The position numbers and the translations under genes are program-made. Below are positions 48,227 to 58,288 of a DNA stretch of 64,000 nt, piece after piece. Positions within the stretch are counted from its first letter, which is position 1. The number at the start of each line of letters is the position of its first letter. This DNA is from an uncultured Bacteroidales bacterium. Its GTDB lineage: Bacteria > Bacteroidota > Bacteroidia > Bacteroidales > VadinHA17. The stretch lies in contig CAWALO010000015.1 of assembly GCA_963782945.1 (NCBI GenBank), positions 71,239 through 135,238 on the forward strand. The letters run 5' to 3'. Under the pieces are notes generated by a model. The model did not search any database. It saw only the letters and a list, made by a program, of their open reading frames with translations, and was not told the origin of the DNA.

Positions 48227-49123
48227 ATGAGCAAGACCCGTCAATCATATATCTATGCCGGACTGGCGATTTTTTTCTGGTCAACGGTCCCTACTGTGTT
48301 CAAGATAAGCCTTGGAGAGCTGGATGTCCTGACTATGCTCACCATTGCCGTCATAACCTCAACACTCGTTCTTCTGATAGTGGTTGTTTATTCCGGGAAA
48401 TGGCATCTGATAAGAGAGAACAGCGGCAAAGATCTTCTCAATTCAGCGATACTAGGTTTGGTTAATCCTTTTCTCTATTATCTGATCCTTCTTAAGGCTT
48501 ATAAGCTGCTGCCTGCACAGGTAGCACAACCGCTGAATATGATCTGGCCCATAATACTTGTCTTTCTCTCGGGCCCTCTCCTGGGGCAGAAAATTGAACG
48601 AAAAAGTTTTATCGCTCTTTTTATAAGCTTTATCGGAGTATATCTGATCTCCTCCCAGGGGACACCCTTTCATCCTGGCGGGTCTGACCTGACAGGTGTT
48701 TTAATGGCAGCAGGCAGCTCCATTTTCTGGGCATTCTATTTTATCCTGAATGTAAAGGATAAAAGGGATGAAGCTGTTAAGTTATTTCTCAACTTTCTCT
48801 TTGGCTCCGCTTACCTGTTAACCGCAATGATTCTTACCGGGAACTGTCAGCCGGTGATAAGCTTCAAGGGTGCTGCAGGATCGGTCTATATCGGGATCTT
48901 TGAAATGGGGTTAACTTTTTTCTTCTGGCTAAAGGCTCTAAGCCTCGCAACAACGACTGACAAAGTAAGCAACCTTGTATATTTTGCTCCATTTATTTCT
49001 CTTCTGTTTGTACACTTTTTCCTCAACGAACCCGTTTATTATACAACTCCGGCAGGATTATTGCTGATTATTGCTGGAATTTTAATCCAGAACAGGAAAA
49101 CCTTGAGGATAAAAAATATTTAA
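48227..49123 (+). CDS. EamA/DMT family transporter
   Basis: 298 aa from MSKTRQSYIYAGLAIFFWS, with ten predicted TM segments. The track start at 48182 translates the repeat element. Confidence 0.8.
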   Translation: MSKTRQSYIYAGLAIFFWSTVPTVFKISLGELDVLTMLTIAVITSTLVLLIVVVYSGKWHLIRENSGKDLLNSAILGLVNPFLYYLILLKAYKLLPAQVAQPLNMIWPIILVFLSGPLLGQKIERKSFIALFISFIGVYLISSQGTPFHPGGSDLTGVLMAAGSSIFWAFYFILNVKDKRDEAVKLFLNFLFGSAYLLTAMILTGNCQPVISFKGAAGSVYIGIFEMGLTFFFWLKALSLATTTDKVSNLVYFAPFISLLFVHFFLNEPVYYTTPAGLLLIIAGILIQNRKTLRIKNI

Positions 49124-49152
49124 CTTTGCGACAATTTAAAACAATACTTTAA

Positions 49153-50451
49153 ATGAATATTAGTAAACTTTTTTTCGTAGTAATTTTATCACTTTCCCTT
49201 TTTGCATCCTGCAAAAAAGATAAGGTGAATCCTCCTGAAGGCTTTACCGATGCTATGGCCAGAGATACCCTGTATGATATTATGAACGATTGGTATTTCT
49301 GGAATGATGTCATGCCTACAGTTACCAAAACGGACTATGCAGATCCATACCTACTGATGGATGCAATGAGATACAAGCCTCTCGACAAATGGAGCTTTGT
49401 CTCCGATTATAATGAGTTCGTGGCTCAGATGCAGGGAACATTTGTCGGTCATGGATTCAGGATGGGTCTGGACGACGCAGATAATGCCCGTATCTCACTT
49501 ATCTACTCCGGATCACCGCTTTATGCCAAGGGAGTCCGCAGAGGCTGGATCGTAAAAAAAATCAATGATAAGGATGTTGCTCCCATTCTCTTATCGCAGG
49601 ATAGTGATGCATATTTAAACCTTATAGGCCCCGGCGAGGCTGGCATAACAAACAAATTCCTGTTTGAGACACCTGATGGAAAAGATTCGACTATATCTTC
49701 AACCAAAAAGTCATTTACCCTGAATTCGGTTCTGCTCTATGATACTCTTCATCTTGCATCAGGTATAACTGGACATATAGTCTTTGATTCTTTCATACAG
49801 CCATCAGAACAGGAACTTGCTGCCGCATTTTCTTACCTTGAATCAAACGGCGCTCAGGATCTCATCCTCGATCTGAGGTATAATGGAGGCGGCTATCTCT
49901 ATATTGCCCAGCAACTTGCAAGCTATATTGTAGGAAATGCAAACCAGGGTAATGAATTCATCAGGCTGGAATTTAATTCCAATCATCAGGCAAGCAACGG
50001 AACTATTCCTCTTATAGCAACTGATTCTCCGCTATCGCTTTCCAGGATTTTATTTATAACATCCCGTGGAACAGCATCAGCAAGCGAATCAGTTATGAAT
50101 GGACTTTTACCCTACATGAACGTTATTTGCATAGGTGATACAACAGACGGAAAACCAGTGGGTATGAGTACCGGAGATATAGGGAAAAAGTACTTTATTG
50201 CCCCTATTACATTCAAATATGTCAATAAAAATGGCGAGGGTGATTTTTTTGATGGGATCGCTCCGGATGTGCTGGTTTCAGATGATATATCACATGATTT
50301 CAATGACCGGCAGGAACTTTGCCTGAAAGCTGCTATCAGCTACCTGGAAACCGGGTCTGCTTCCAGTAAGAGCTTTCCGGAATTCAAAAAACATCCTCAG
50401 TATTCCGAGAAGCCTGAATGGATGAAAAATGCATTTTTCCCTGCCAAATAA
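49153..50451 (+). CDS. S41 family peptidase-like lipoprotein
   Basis: Lipobox LFASC, LDLRYNGGG, GTASASE (Ser) and TDGKP (Lys). Confidence 0.8.
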   Translation: MNISKLFFVVILSLSLFASCKKDKVNPPEGFTDAMARDTLYDIMNDWYFWNDVMPTVTKTDYADPYLLMDAMRYKPLDKWSFVSDYNEFVAQMQGTFVGHGFRMGLDDADNARISLIYSGSPLYAKGVRRGWIVKKINDKDVAPILLSQDSDAYLNLIGPGEAGITNKFLFETPDGKDSTISSTKKSFTLNSVLLYDTLHLASGITGHIVFDSFIQPSEQELAAAFSYLESNGAQDLILDLRYNGGGYLYIAQQLASYIVGNANQGNEFIRLEFNSNHQASNGTIPLIATDSPLSLSRILFITSRGTASASESVMNGLLPYMNVICIGDTTDGKPVGMSTGDIGKKYFIAPITFKYVNKNGEGDFFDGIAPDVLVSDDISHDFNDRQELCLKAAISYLETGSASSKSFPEFKKHPQYSEKPEWMKNAFFPAK

Positions 50452-50475
50452 TACTATTGATAATAATTTAAGCTT

Positions 50476-51042
50476 TTGAATGTAAAACCGAAAGAGAGGA
50501 TAATTCTAGGGATTGACCCCGGGACAAATATCACCGGATATGGAGTTATTAAAACTGTTGGAACAGTCCCTGAACTCATTGCGATCGGATCGGTCGATCT
50601 TTCAAAATTTGATGATCACTACCTGATAATTAAGCATATCTTCGACAGGACAATTGGTATAATTGATGAGTATCATCCTGATGAACTTGCCATTGAGGCA
50701 CCGTTCTTCGGAAAAAATGTGCAGTCGATGCTTAAGCTCGGAAGAGCGCAGGGGGCAGCAATCTCTGCAGCACTAACACGCTCCCTCCCGATATTTGAAT
50801 ATGCGCCAAGGAAGATCAAAATGTCAATAACAGGTCAGGGAGCAGCATCAAAGGAACAGGTGGCAGCAATGCTGATGAACATTCTTAAATTTGACATGAA
50901 GGATATTAAGCTGGATGCCACCGACGGACTTGCAGCTGCACTTTGCCATTTTTACCAGACAAATAATCCGACAAGCGCAAAAGCCTACAACAGCTGGAAG
51001 GATTTCATGAATAAGAATCCAAAAAGAGTGAAACTGAAATAA
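50476..51042 (+). CDS. ruvC: Crossover junction endodeoxyribonuclease RuvC
   Basis: Contains RIILGIDPGTNITGYG, LAIEAPFFGKNVQS and DATDGLAAALCH. An apparent TTG start. Confidence 0.9.
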   Translation: MNVKPKERIILGIDPGTNITGYGVIKTVGTVPELIAIGSVDLSKFDDHYLIIKHIFDRTIGIIDEYHPDELAIEAPFFGKNVQSMLKLGRAQGAAISAALTRSLPIFEYAPRKIKMSITGQGAASKEQVAAMLMNILKFDMKDIKLDATDGLAAALCHFYQTNNPTSAKAYNSWKDFMNKNPKRVKLK

Positions 51043-51047
51043 TCCCG

Positions 51048-51749
51048 TCAGACAACTGCATACCCTATTGCTATCACACTTACTTTTACATCATCAACTT
51101 TCATAAGCTCATTGACGCACGATTCTATTGTAGAACCGGTTGTGATAACATCATCCACCAGTAAAATATGCTTTCCTCTTATTGCCCCGGCATCAGCAAC
51201 ACTGAATATCCCTTCAACATTTGTCCATCGTTCATACCGCGACCTGTTTGTCTGGGTGGCAGATAATCCTATTCTGGTCAGGGAATGCGTATCAACAGGT
51301 AATCCTGTAACATCAGATACTCCCCATGAAATGTATTCGCTCTGGTTGAACCCACGGATGCGCTTTTTTGAGGGATGTAGGGGAACCGGAATTATCAAAT
51401 CGATGCCTCCTGTGAAACCTGAAGCTTTCAATGGGACTGCATAAATACGTCCTAGTTCATACCCTATCTCCTTAATCCCAGAATACTTAAGTTTGTGAAT
51501 CAGATTCCTGATCCGGCTTCCCCTGGTATAGAATGAGAAGGCAGCGGCCTTTTCTACCATACATCTTCCCCAGAAAAGCTGTGCAACCGGATTTTCAGCC
51601 TGGAGGTGATAATTTGTCCTTGGAATAGATACAAAACAACCTGTACATATCAGGCTTTCATTTCTTAGAAGATGGTTGCCACAGGCATAACAGAGCCTCG
51701 GAAAGAGAAGACTGATGAAATCGTCCCACAAATCATAGAAGTAATTCAT
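51048..51749 (-). CDS. ComF family protein (phosphoribosyltransferase domain with an N-terminal Cys4 finger)
   Basis: Contains CYACGN...CTGC and the PRTase motif ILLVDDVITTGST. Confidence 0.8.
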   Translation of the reverse strand: MNYFYDLWDDFISLLFPRLCYACGNHLLRNESLICTGCFVSIPRTNYHLQAENPVAQLFWGRCMVEKAAAFSFYTRGSRIRNLIHKLKYSGIKEIGYELGRIYAVPLKASGFTGGIDLIIPVPLHPSKKRIRGFNQSEYISWGVSDVTGLPVDTHSLTRIGLSATQTNRSRYERWTNVEGIFSVADAGAIRGKHILLVDDVITTGSTIESCVNELMKVDDVKVSVIAIGYAVV

Positions 51750-51770
51750 GCAGCGGGCTCAATTATTCCT

Positions 51771-52169
51771 TTAAAGAATTACCTTGCTGGCTATTTTTGA
51801 AGCGATTGCCTTGAATTCCTCAGGTGAAAACTTAAGTTTCGGATTTTTGAAGTTTACATCGTCCATGGAATCCATAGGTACAAGGTGGATATGAGCATGG
51901 GGAACTTCGAGACCAAGAACCGCAACTCCTATTCTATTACAGGGGATAGCCGTTCTAATAGCTTCAGCAACCTTTTTTGAAAAAAGGATCAGGCCGGAAA
52001 GCTGATCATCTTCAAGGTCAAAAAGATAATCCGTCTCTTCTTTTGGCACTGCAAGAGTATGTCCGGCTCTCAGGGGATTGATATCGAGAAATGCAAAATA
52101 CCTGTCATCCTCGGCGATTTTATAGCACGGAATTTCCCCCTTAATGATCTTAGTGAAAATTGTTGCCAT
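51771..52169 (-). CDS. HIT family hydrolase
   Basis: Contains IFTKIIKGEIPCYKI and the histidine triad HAHIHLVP. Confidence 0.85.
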   Translation of the reverse strand: MATIFTKIIKGEIPCYKIAEDDRYFAFLDINPLRAGHTLAVPKEETDYLFDLEDDQLSGLILFSKKVAEAIRTAIPCNRIGVAVLGLEVPHAHIHLVPMDSMDDVNFKNPKLKFSPEEFKAIASKIASKVIL

Positions 52170-52190
52170 AATGATTGAAAAAATGTATTT

Positions 52191-52664
52191 TTAAAGTGAT
52201 ATCGAAATTATTTCGAATGGAATTATTCCTGAGGGCACTTTTATCTGAACAATATCTCCCACCTTCTTACCGATCAATCCCTGGGCAATAGGAGAACTGA
52301 CAGCGATCTTGCCAAGCTTAAAATTAGCTTCACTCTCAGGCACCAGCTGATACTCCATAACTGACTTGTTGGTTTGATTCAGGATCTTTACTTTATGAAG
52401 AATCCTGACTGATGAAATATCAATTTTTGTCTCATCTATTACTCTTGATCTTGCAACTAAATCCTGGAGTTTGGATATCTTCATCTCAAGCATACCCTGA
52501 GCTTCCTTTGCGGCAGCATACTCAGCATTCTCAGAAAGATCACCCTTATCCCTTGCATCAGCTATCTGCCTGGATATCAAAGGCCTTTCAATATTTCTCA
52601 GAAGGTCGAGTTCCTCCTTAAGTTTATGAAGGCCATCCGCTGTCACATAAATAATTTCTGACAT
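52191..52664 (-). CDS. greA: Transcription elongation factor GreA
   Basis: 157 aa. Contains ARDKGDLSENAEYAAAKE and the C-terminal SSPIAQGLIGKKVGD. Confidence 0.95.
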   Translation of the reverse strand: MSEIIYVTADGLHKLKEELDLLRNIERPLISRQIADARDKGDLSENAEYAAAKEAQGMLEMKISKLQDLVARSRVIDETKIDISSVRILHKVKILNQTNKSVMEYQLVPESEANFKLGKIAVSSPIAQGLIGKKVGDIVQIKVPSGIIPFEIISISL

Positions 52665-52681
52665 GTCGCTCTCTTATTATT

Positions 52682-52713
52682 AAAAAATAAGAAGAATTCC
52701 GGTTTTGCCGGAA
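52682..52713 (-). terminator. Candidate intrinsic terminator after the Lys-rich protein gene
   Basis: On the minus strand, TTCCGG-caaaa-CCGGAA is followed by ttcttcttatttttt. Confidence 0.5.
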
Positions 52714-52809
52714 CTCTTCAACAACAAATATAATGAATTTTTTTTATTAATTCACAAAATAATACTGTTAATAAGTGTTTTACAGGGAATTAAAAATCAA
52801 GAACCAATA

Positions 52810-53202
52810 TCACTTATATTTTTTGCCGGCCTTCTTCGAACTCTCCTTTACTTTCTTCTTTTTTTCTTTATTCCTGAGTGCTGTATCTTTCTGATTCTGC
52901 TTCATACGCGCCTTAACTTCAGGCGATTGAATATCATAGGATCTCTGTTTGGATCTCTCCACCGATTGTGCATATTCCTTTTTCAGCCTTTTCTCATTTT
53001 TCTCCTGCTCCCTTTTTGCTTTATGTACAGACCTGGGTTCTCTGACATTTGCATTTCTTGAATTGCTGCTTCTTTTCCCGAACAGCCCCTTTTCCGGATT
53101 TTTAGGGCTTGCTTTATGTGAAGACTGAGCTGTGCATGTTCCCACGATAAATATTGACAGAAATATAAATAAAATAAATCTTCTTATATATAAGTAATTC
53201 AT
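52810..53202 (-). CDS. Secreted Lys/Arg-rich hypothetical protein
   Basis: A signal peptide (FIVGTCTAQS) followed by a highly basic low-complexity sequence. Called as coding because of its signal peptide, ORF length and the terminator just downstream. Confidence 0.5.
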   Translation of the reverse strand: MNYLYIRRFILFIFLSIFIVGTCTAQSSHKASPKNPEKGLFGKRSSNSRNANVREPRSVHKAKREQEKNEKRLKKEYAQSVERSKQRSYDIQSPEVKARMKQNQKDTALRNKEKKKKVKESSKKAGKKYK

Positions 53203-53283
53203 ATTCAGTTGTTACAATAAATATTTAATGATAACGTTAATTTCCGGAAGGTATTATTACTTTTGCAACTTAAATCAATTTCT

Positions 53284-53754
53284 GTGAAAACAGCATCAAA
53301 AATAGTTTTTTTTTCATTTACAATGGCTTTTGCCATCTCAATTGGTTCCTGCACTAAGGCCAAGAACGATGTCATACCAGATGTTTATGTCAACTTTACC
53401 CTTGATATCAATGATCCGGAATTCGTAAACCTCTCAGCAATAGGGTCTGATACTGTTGATGCTAAAACAAATAACTGGGGATCGGGCGCTGCAGGTTTTG
53501 ATGGAAATGGCATCATTGTATATAACGGAGGGGATGCTTTTTACGCTTTTGACCGCACATGTCCTCATGATTATGAAGTCAATGGCCTCAGCGTAAAGGT
53601 TAAAATTGATTTTACTATAGCCACTTGTCCAACATGCGGAACGGTATATTCGCTCTCAGCCTCAGGGACACCCGCTTCCGGTGTTGGAAGGTATCCGCTG
53701 AAGAATTACAGGACAAGCTTTGACGGAAGGTTTTTGAGGGTATGGAATAACTGA
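53284..53754 (+). CDS. Lipoprotein with a Rieske-like fold signature (CPH ... CPTCG)
   Basis: A GTG start at 53284 gives the lipoprotein signal MKTASKIVFFSFTMAFAISIGSC. The C-terminal half, AFDRTCPHDY-x17-CPTCGTVY...YPLKNYR, resembles a Rieske domain with the second His replaced by Cys. Confidence 0.5.
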   Translation: MKTASKIVFFSFTMAFAISIGSCTKAKNDVIPDVYVNFTLDINDPEFVNLSAIGSDTVDAKTNNWGSGAAGFDGNGIIVYNGGDAFYAFDRTCPHDYEVNGLSVKVKIDFTIATCPTCGTVYSLSASGTPASGVGRYPLKNYRTSFDGRFLRVWNN

Positions 53755-53758
53755 ATGG

Positions 53759-55174
53759 TTAATACCTGTAATGATCCGGCTTATATGGTCCTGAGGCAGG
53801 TACACCAATATACTCCGACTGTTCCTTTGAAAGTATTGTGAGTTTCGCTCCCAGCTGATCAAGATGTAACCTTGCAACCTCCTCATCAAGTTCTTTGGAA
53901 AGTCTGAAGACTCCGATTTCATATTTATTCTTCCACAGGTCAATCTGCGCGAGCGTCTGATTGCTGAATGAGTTGCTCATTACAAAGGAGGGATGGCCGG
54001 TGGCACAACCAAGATTCACAAGTCTTCCTTCTGCGAGCAGAAAGATTGAATGTCCGTCAGGAAAAAGGTATTTGTCAACCTGGGGCTTGATGTTGATTTT
54101 CCTGACCTGTTCCATGCTATTCAGGTTATCAACCTGTATCTCATTATCAAAATGGCCTATATTACAAACAATAGCCTGATCCTTCATCTTCATCATATGA
54201 CTGACAGTGATAATATCCATATTGCCAGTGGCAGTTACAAAGATATTCCCCTCGCTGAGTGACTCTTCAACAGTCTTCACTTCGAAGCCTTCCATAAGAG
54301 CCTGAAGTGCGCATATAGGATCTATTTCCGTAACAATAACCCTGGCACCGTATGATTTCATCGAACGGGCACAACCTTTTCCAACATCTCCATATCCGCA
54401 AACTACAACAACCTTACCGGCTATCATCACATCAGTTGCCCTTTTTATACCATCGGCAAGAGATTCACGGCATCCGTAAAGGTTATCGAATTTTGATTTT
54501 GTGACGGAATCATTAACATTTATTGCAGGTACCAGCAGTTCTCCATTTTCGAGCATCTGGTACAACCTGTGGACACCTGTAGTTGTCTCCTCTGAAATCC
54601 CCTTAAGCTCACTTACTGCACGCTTCCACTTTCCGGGCTCAGTGGCAAGGATCTCCTTTAATGTCGCCAGGATAATTGACTCCTCCCTGTTGGATGGTTT
54701 TTTATCAAGTATTTCCGGAGATTTTTCAGCTTTATATCCCAGATGGACCATGAGGGAGGCGTCTCCGCCATCATCAACAATAAGATTCGGCCCTTTGCCT
54801 CCGGGAAATGAGAGAGCCTGTACTGTACACCACCAGTATTCCTCCAGAGTCTCGCCTTTCCAGGCAAATACAGGGATCCCTGCAGCGGCTATAGCGGCGG
54901 CGGCATGATCCTGAGTTGAGAATATATTGCAGCTTGCCCACCTTACATCGGCACCAAGCTCTGCCAGTGTCTCAATAAGTACTGCAGTCTGAATTGTCAT
55001 ATGAAGCGAACCAGTGATCCGGGCTCCTTTCAGTGGTTTCTCCGCAGAATATTTTTTTCTGATTGCCAGTAATCCCGGCATCTCTTTTTCAGCTATCTCA
55101 ATCTCTTTTCTTCCAAATTCCGCCAGAGAAATATCTTTTACCTGGTATTGCAAAGTATCAACTGCTTGATTCAT
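53759..55174 (-). CDS. ahcY: Adenosylhomocysteinase
   Basis: 471 aa. Contains EMPGL, the NAD-binding motif [16 protein letters not shown] and the C-terminal YKPDHYRY. Confidence 0.95.
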   Translation of the reverse strand: MNQAVDTLQYQVKDISLAEFGRKEIEIAEKEMPGLLAIRKKYSAEKPLKGARITGSLHMTIQTAVLIETLAELGADVRWASCNIFSTQDHAAAAIAAAGIPVFAWKGETLEEYWWCTVQALSFPGGKGPNLIVDDGGDASLMVHLGYKAEKSPEILDKKPSNREESIILATLKEILATEPGKWKRAVSELKGISEETTTGVHRLYQMLENGELLVPAINVNDSVTKSKFDNLYGCRESLADGIKRATDVMIAGKVVVVCGYGDVGKGCARSMKSYGARVIVTEIDPICALQALMEGFEVKTVEESLSEGNIFVTATGNMDIITVSHMMKMKDQAIVCNIGHFDNEIQVDNLNSMEQVRKINIKPQVDKYLFPDGHSIFLLAEGRLVNLGCATGHPSFVMSNSFSNQTLAQIDLWKNKYEIGVFRLSKELDEEVARLHLDQLGAKLTILSKEQSEYIGVPASGPYKPDHYRY

Positions 55175-55196
55175 GATTTCAATATTTTTGAAGAGG

Positions 55197-55204
55197 CAAA
55201 GTTA
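55197..55204 (-). promoter_or_regulatory. ahcY -7 promoter box TAACTTTG
   Basis: The minus strand reads TAACTTTG 22 nt upstream of the ahcY ATG, inside the 51-nt ribF-ahcY spacer. Confidence 0.4.
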
Positions 55205-55225
55205 ATAAAAACAATTTTCATATTT

Positions 55226-56155
55226 TCAGGAGAAAAGCCGAATGGTGCATTGTTTATCAAGTTCCATCTGTTCAGTAAGTTCAGTTATATTGTCAAACTT
55301 TATCTCATCACGAAGCCTTTTCCTGAAAACCACAGAGATTGATCTTCCGTAGATATTTCCGTCAAAATTTAAAATATGAACCTCTATGCTCCTTAATCCG
55401 GAATCACTGTTGACAGTGGGATTGGAACCAATGCTAAGCATTCCGGGATACAATTGTCCACCGAGATTGACTTCTACTGCATAGACCCCATTCCCAGGTA
55501 TTAGTTTATGCTGATCAGAAGGCATTATATTGGCGGTGGGAAAACCTATTGAACGGCCTATTTTGTGGCCTTCAATAACAATTCCGCTTACGGAATAGGA
55601 ATATCCCAGCAATTTATTTGCTTCCTCCGGCTGACCCATCTTTAACGCCTGACGGATCAAAGATGAACTGACAGCACTTCCGTCTGAAAGCAGTCCCTCC
55701 ACCTGTTCAACTTTAAAATCAAGTGATTCTGTACATTGCCTGACAGTATTAAAATCGCCTTCCCCTTTTCTTCCAAAATGATGATCATACCCTATTATAA
55801 GGTGTCTCGTCCCAATCTTTTCAACAAGAACATCTCTCACAAAATCACATGCAGCTATCCTGCTGAATTCCCTGTTAAATTCAATTATAATCAAATGATC
55901 GACTTTAGCCTTGTCCAGCAGGTCTATCTTCTCCTCCATTGTTGTGAGGAAAGTGAGAGACGAACTATCCTTGTCAAGAACAAGCCTTGGGTGCGGAGCA
56001 AAGGTAATTACCGCCGCATCACCTTTTACCTCTCTTGCGCTTGAGACGACACGATCAATAAGAGCCTTATGCCCAAGGTGCACACCGTCAAAAATTCCAA
56101 GCGTTACAACCGGACTCTTCAGATTAAGATTTTCATATCCCCTGTGAATACGCAT
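55226..56155 (-). CDS. ribF: Bifunctional riboflavin kinase / FMN adenylyltransferase
   Basis: Contains LGIFDGVHLGH, the GFPTAN region and the riboflavin-kinase C-terminus. Confidence 0.9.
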   Translation of the reverse strand: MRIHRGYENLNLKSPVVTLGIFDGVHLGHKALIDRVVSSAREVKGDAAVITFAPHPRLVLDKDSSSLTFLTTMEEKIDLLDKAKVDHLIIIEFNREFSRIAACDFVRDVLVEKIGTRHLIIGYDHHFGRKGEGDFNTVRQCTESLDFKVEQVEGLLSDGSAVSSSLIRQALKMGQPEEANKLLGYSYSVSGIVIEGHKIGRSIGFPTANIMPSDQHKLIPGNGVYAVEVNLGGQLYPGMLSIGSNPTVNSDSGLRSIEVHILNFDGNIYGRSISVVFRKRLRDEIKFDNITELTEQMELDKQCTIRLFS

Positions 56156-56260
56156 ATATTAAGAATCTGGCTGCAAAATTAACAAAGCCTGTGAAAGTGA
56201 CCCAATAAAATGATTTTGTTTTAGTACTTTTATAGTAAGAAAAGTCTTACACAATATGTT

Positions 56261-58288
56261 ATGAATCCTGCCAGCTTCTATTCGTCTGACCCATGGCTGA
56301 AACCTTTCACACATGTCATTGACAAAAGGATTGGTAAATGCCTCTTAAAAGAAAAGCAACTGACAGGTAACAAGTCGCTGAGCGACTTCGCACTTGGGCA
56401 TCATTATTACGGGCTGCACCGGAACAATGAAAGCTGGATTTTCAGGGAGTGGGCACCCAATGCAACTGCCATTTTCATAACCGGAATATTCTCCGGTTGG
56501 AAGGAGAAAGATAATTTCCTGCTTAAAAGGATAAATACTTATGGAGACTGGGAGATTATCCTGCCATCTGAAGCTCTGAAGCATGGTGACCTCTACAAAC
56601 TTTCAGTGCATTGGAAAGAGGGACATGGAGAACGGATACCGTCATATGCCACCCGTCTGGTGCAGGATGATGACACCAAAATCTTCAGTGCACAGGTCTG
56701 GCATCCTGCAGAAGAATACCTGTGGAAAACAGCTGATTTTAAAATCCCCGGTACCGCACCAGTGATCTATGAGGCTCATATAGGTATGGCAACTTCAGCT
56801 GAAAAAGTCGGGACTTACCGGGAATTCACCCTGAATACCCTGCCTGTCATAATCAAAGCAGGGTATAATACAATTCAGCTGATGGCCATACAGGAACATC
56901 CCTTCTACGGATCGTTCGGATACCATGTGTCAAGCTTTTTTGCTGCTTCATCAAGATATGGTACACCTGAAGAGCTGAAGGAACTTATAGATGCAGCCCA
57001 TGGCGCAGGACTAAGGGTAATTATTGACCTGGTACACTCCCACTCAGTCAGAAATGTCAATGAAGGACTTGGCCTGTTTGATGGCTCACCCGGACAATAT
57101 TTCCATTCCGGAGAGAGGAGAATCCACCGTGCGTGGGATTCTTTGTGCTTCGACTATGGCAAGGATAGTGTGATTCACTTCCTTCTGTCCAACTGCAATT
57201 ACTGGCTGGAAGAGTACAAATTTGACGGATTCAGGTTTGACGGTATCACAAGCATGATATATTTTGATCATGGCCTGGAAAAGAGTTTTACTTCATACAA
57301 TGAATATTTCGACGGGAACCAGGACGAAGATGCGCTGGTCTACCTTTATCTGGCCAACAAGCTGATACAACAGATCCGACCTGGCGCCCTGACAATTGCA
57401 GAGGAGATGAGCGGAATGCCGGGGATAGCTGCTCCACAGGATATAAAAGGCTATGGATTCAGCTACAGGCTCTCAATGGGAGTGCCTGATTTCTGGATAA
57501 AACTGGTTAAAGAAACGATGGATGAAAACTGGGATATGGGCAAACTGATGTATGAACTGACACAGCACCGTCCCGAAGAAAAAATAATCTCTTACTGTGA
57601 ATCGCATGATCAGGCTCTGGTTGGGGATAAAACATTAATATTCAGAATGATTGATGCAGAAATGTATACAGGGATGGCTAAAACTTATCATAGCTTCACT
57701 GTCGACAGGGGAATTGCGCTGCATAAAATGATAAGGCTGATTACATTCAGCACTTCGGGCGGAGGGTATCTGAACTTCATGGGGAATGAATTCGGCCATC
57801 CTGAATGGATTGATTTTCCCCGGGAAGGTAATAACTGGAGTTTCAAATATGCACGCCGCCAATGGCAGCTTGCTGAAAATAAAAACCTGAAATACTCCGA
57901 GCTTGCAAAATTTGACAGAAAAATGGTAAAACTACACCATGATTTTAAAATTCTCGATGATATGACTATTACCAGAATCTTTGAGAATAATAATGATAAA
58001 GTAGTTGCTTTTATGAGGGGAGAGTTCCTCTTTGTTTTCAACTTTAATCCAACACAGTCATTCACAGATTATGGGATACCTGTTAAAGGAAAATTCAGGA
58101 TTGTTCTTGACACAGATGATCCCGACTTTGGGGGATTCAACAGGATTGACAGAAATGCTGTTTACCTCTCAGTAAAAAAAGGAGAAAGGGGCATCATTAA
58201 TGCCCCCATGTATCTCTATCTGTATCTCCCTTTAAGAACTTGCCTTGTATTGAAAAGAGAAGCCATAAGGAGAGCAACTGATATTTAA
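56261..58288 (+). CDS. glgB: 1,4-alpha-glucan branching enzyme, eukaryote-like GH13 type
   Basis: 675 aa. Contains YEAHIGM, DLVHSH, FDGFRFDGITSM, IAEEMSG, ESHDQALVGDK and NFMGNEFGHPEWIDFPR. These are colinear with eukaryotic-type branching enzymes. Confidence 0.9.
   Translation: MNPASFYSSDPWLKPFTHVIDKRIGKCLLKEKQLTGNKSLSDFALGHHYYGLHRNNESWIFREWAPNATAIFITGIFSGWKEKDNFLLKRINTYGDWEIILPSEALKHGDLYKLSVHWKEGHGERIPSYATRLVQDDDTKIFSAQVWHPAEEYLWKTADFKIPGTAPVIYEAHIGMATSAEKVGTYREFTLNTLPVIIKAGYNTIQLMAIQEHPFYGSFGYHVSSFFAASSRYGTPEELKELIDAAHGAGLRVIIDLVHSHSVRNVNEGLGLFDGSPGQYFHSGERRIHRAWDSLCFDYGKDSVIHFLLSNCNYWLEEYKFDGFRFDGITSMIYFDHGLEKSFTSYNEYFDGNQDEDALVYLYLANKLIQQIRPGALTIAEEMSGMPGIAAPQDIKGYGFSYRLSMGVPDFWIKLVKETMDENWDMGKLMYELTQHRPEEKIISYCESHDQALVGDKTLIFRMIDAEMYTGMAKTYHSFTVDRGIALHKMIRLITFSTSGGGYLNFMGNEFGHPEWIDFPREGNNWSFKYARRQWQLAENKNLKYSELAKFDRKMVKLHHDFKILDDMTITRIFENNNDKVVAFMRGEFLFVFNFNPTQSFTDYGIPVKGKFRIVLDTDDPDFGGFNRIDRNAVYLSVKKGERGIINAPMYLYLYLPLRTCLVLKREAIRRATDI

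Noticed and set aside
52705-53061. 118-aa + strand ORF
   Set aside because: It is antisense to the Lys-rich secreted protein gene. Its Leu/Phe/Ile-rich sequence mirrors AAG/AAA-rich codons. The minus-strand ORF has a signal peptide and a downstream terminator.
54501-54908. 135-aa + strand ORF. The same applies to 35014-35397, 59218-59667, 37345-37716 and the other 60-150-aa track ORFs nested in larger genes.
   Set aside because: All are antisense or out-of-frame overlaps of confidently identified conserved genes (ahcY, recQ, the GT3-GT35 fusion, lptB). They show no motifs and have biased composition.
55175-55225. SAH riboswitch upstream of ahcY
   Set aside because: The spacer is only 51 nt and AT-rich, with a promoter-like TAACTTTG box. 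There is no room or GC-rich pairing for an SAH riboswitch fold.
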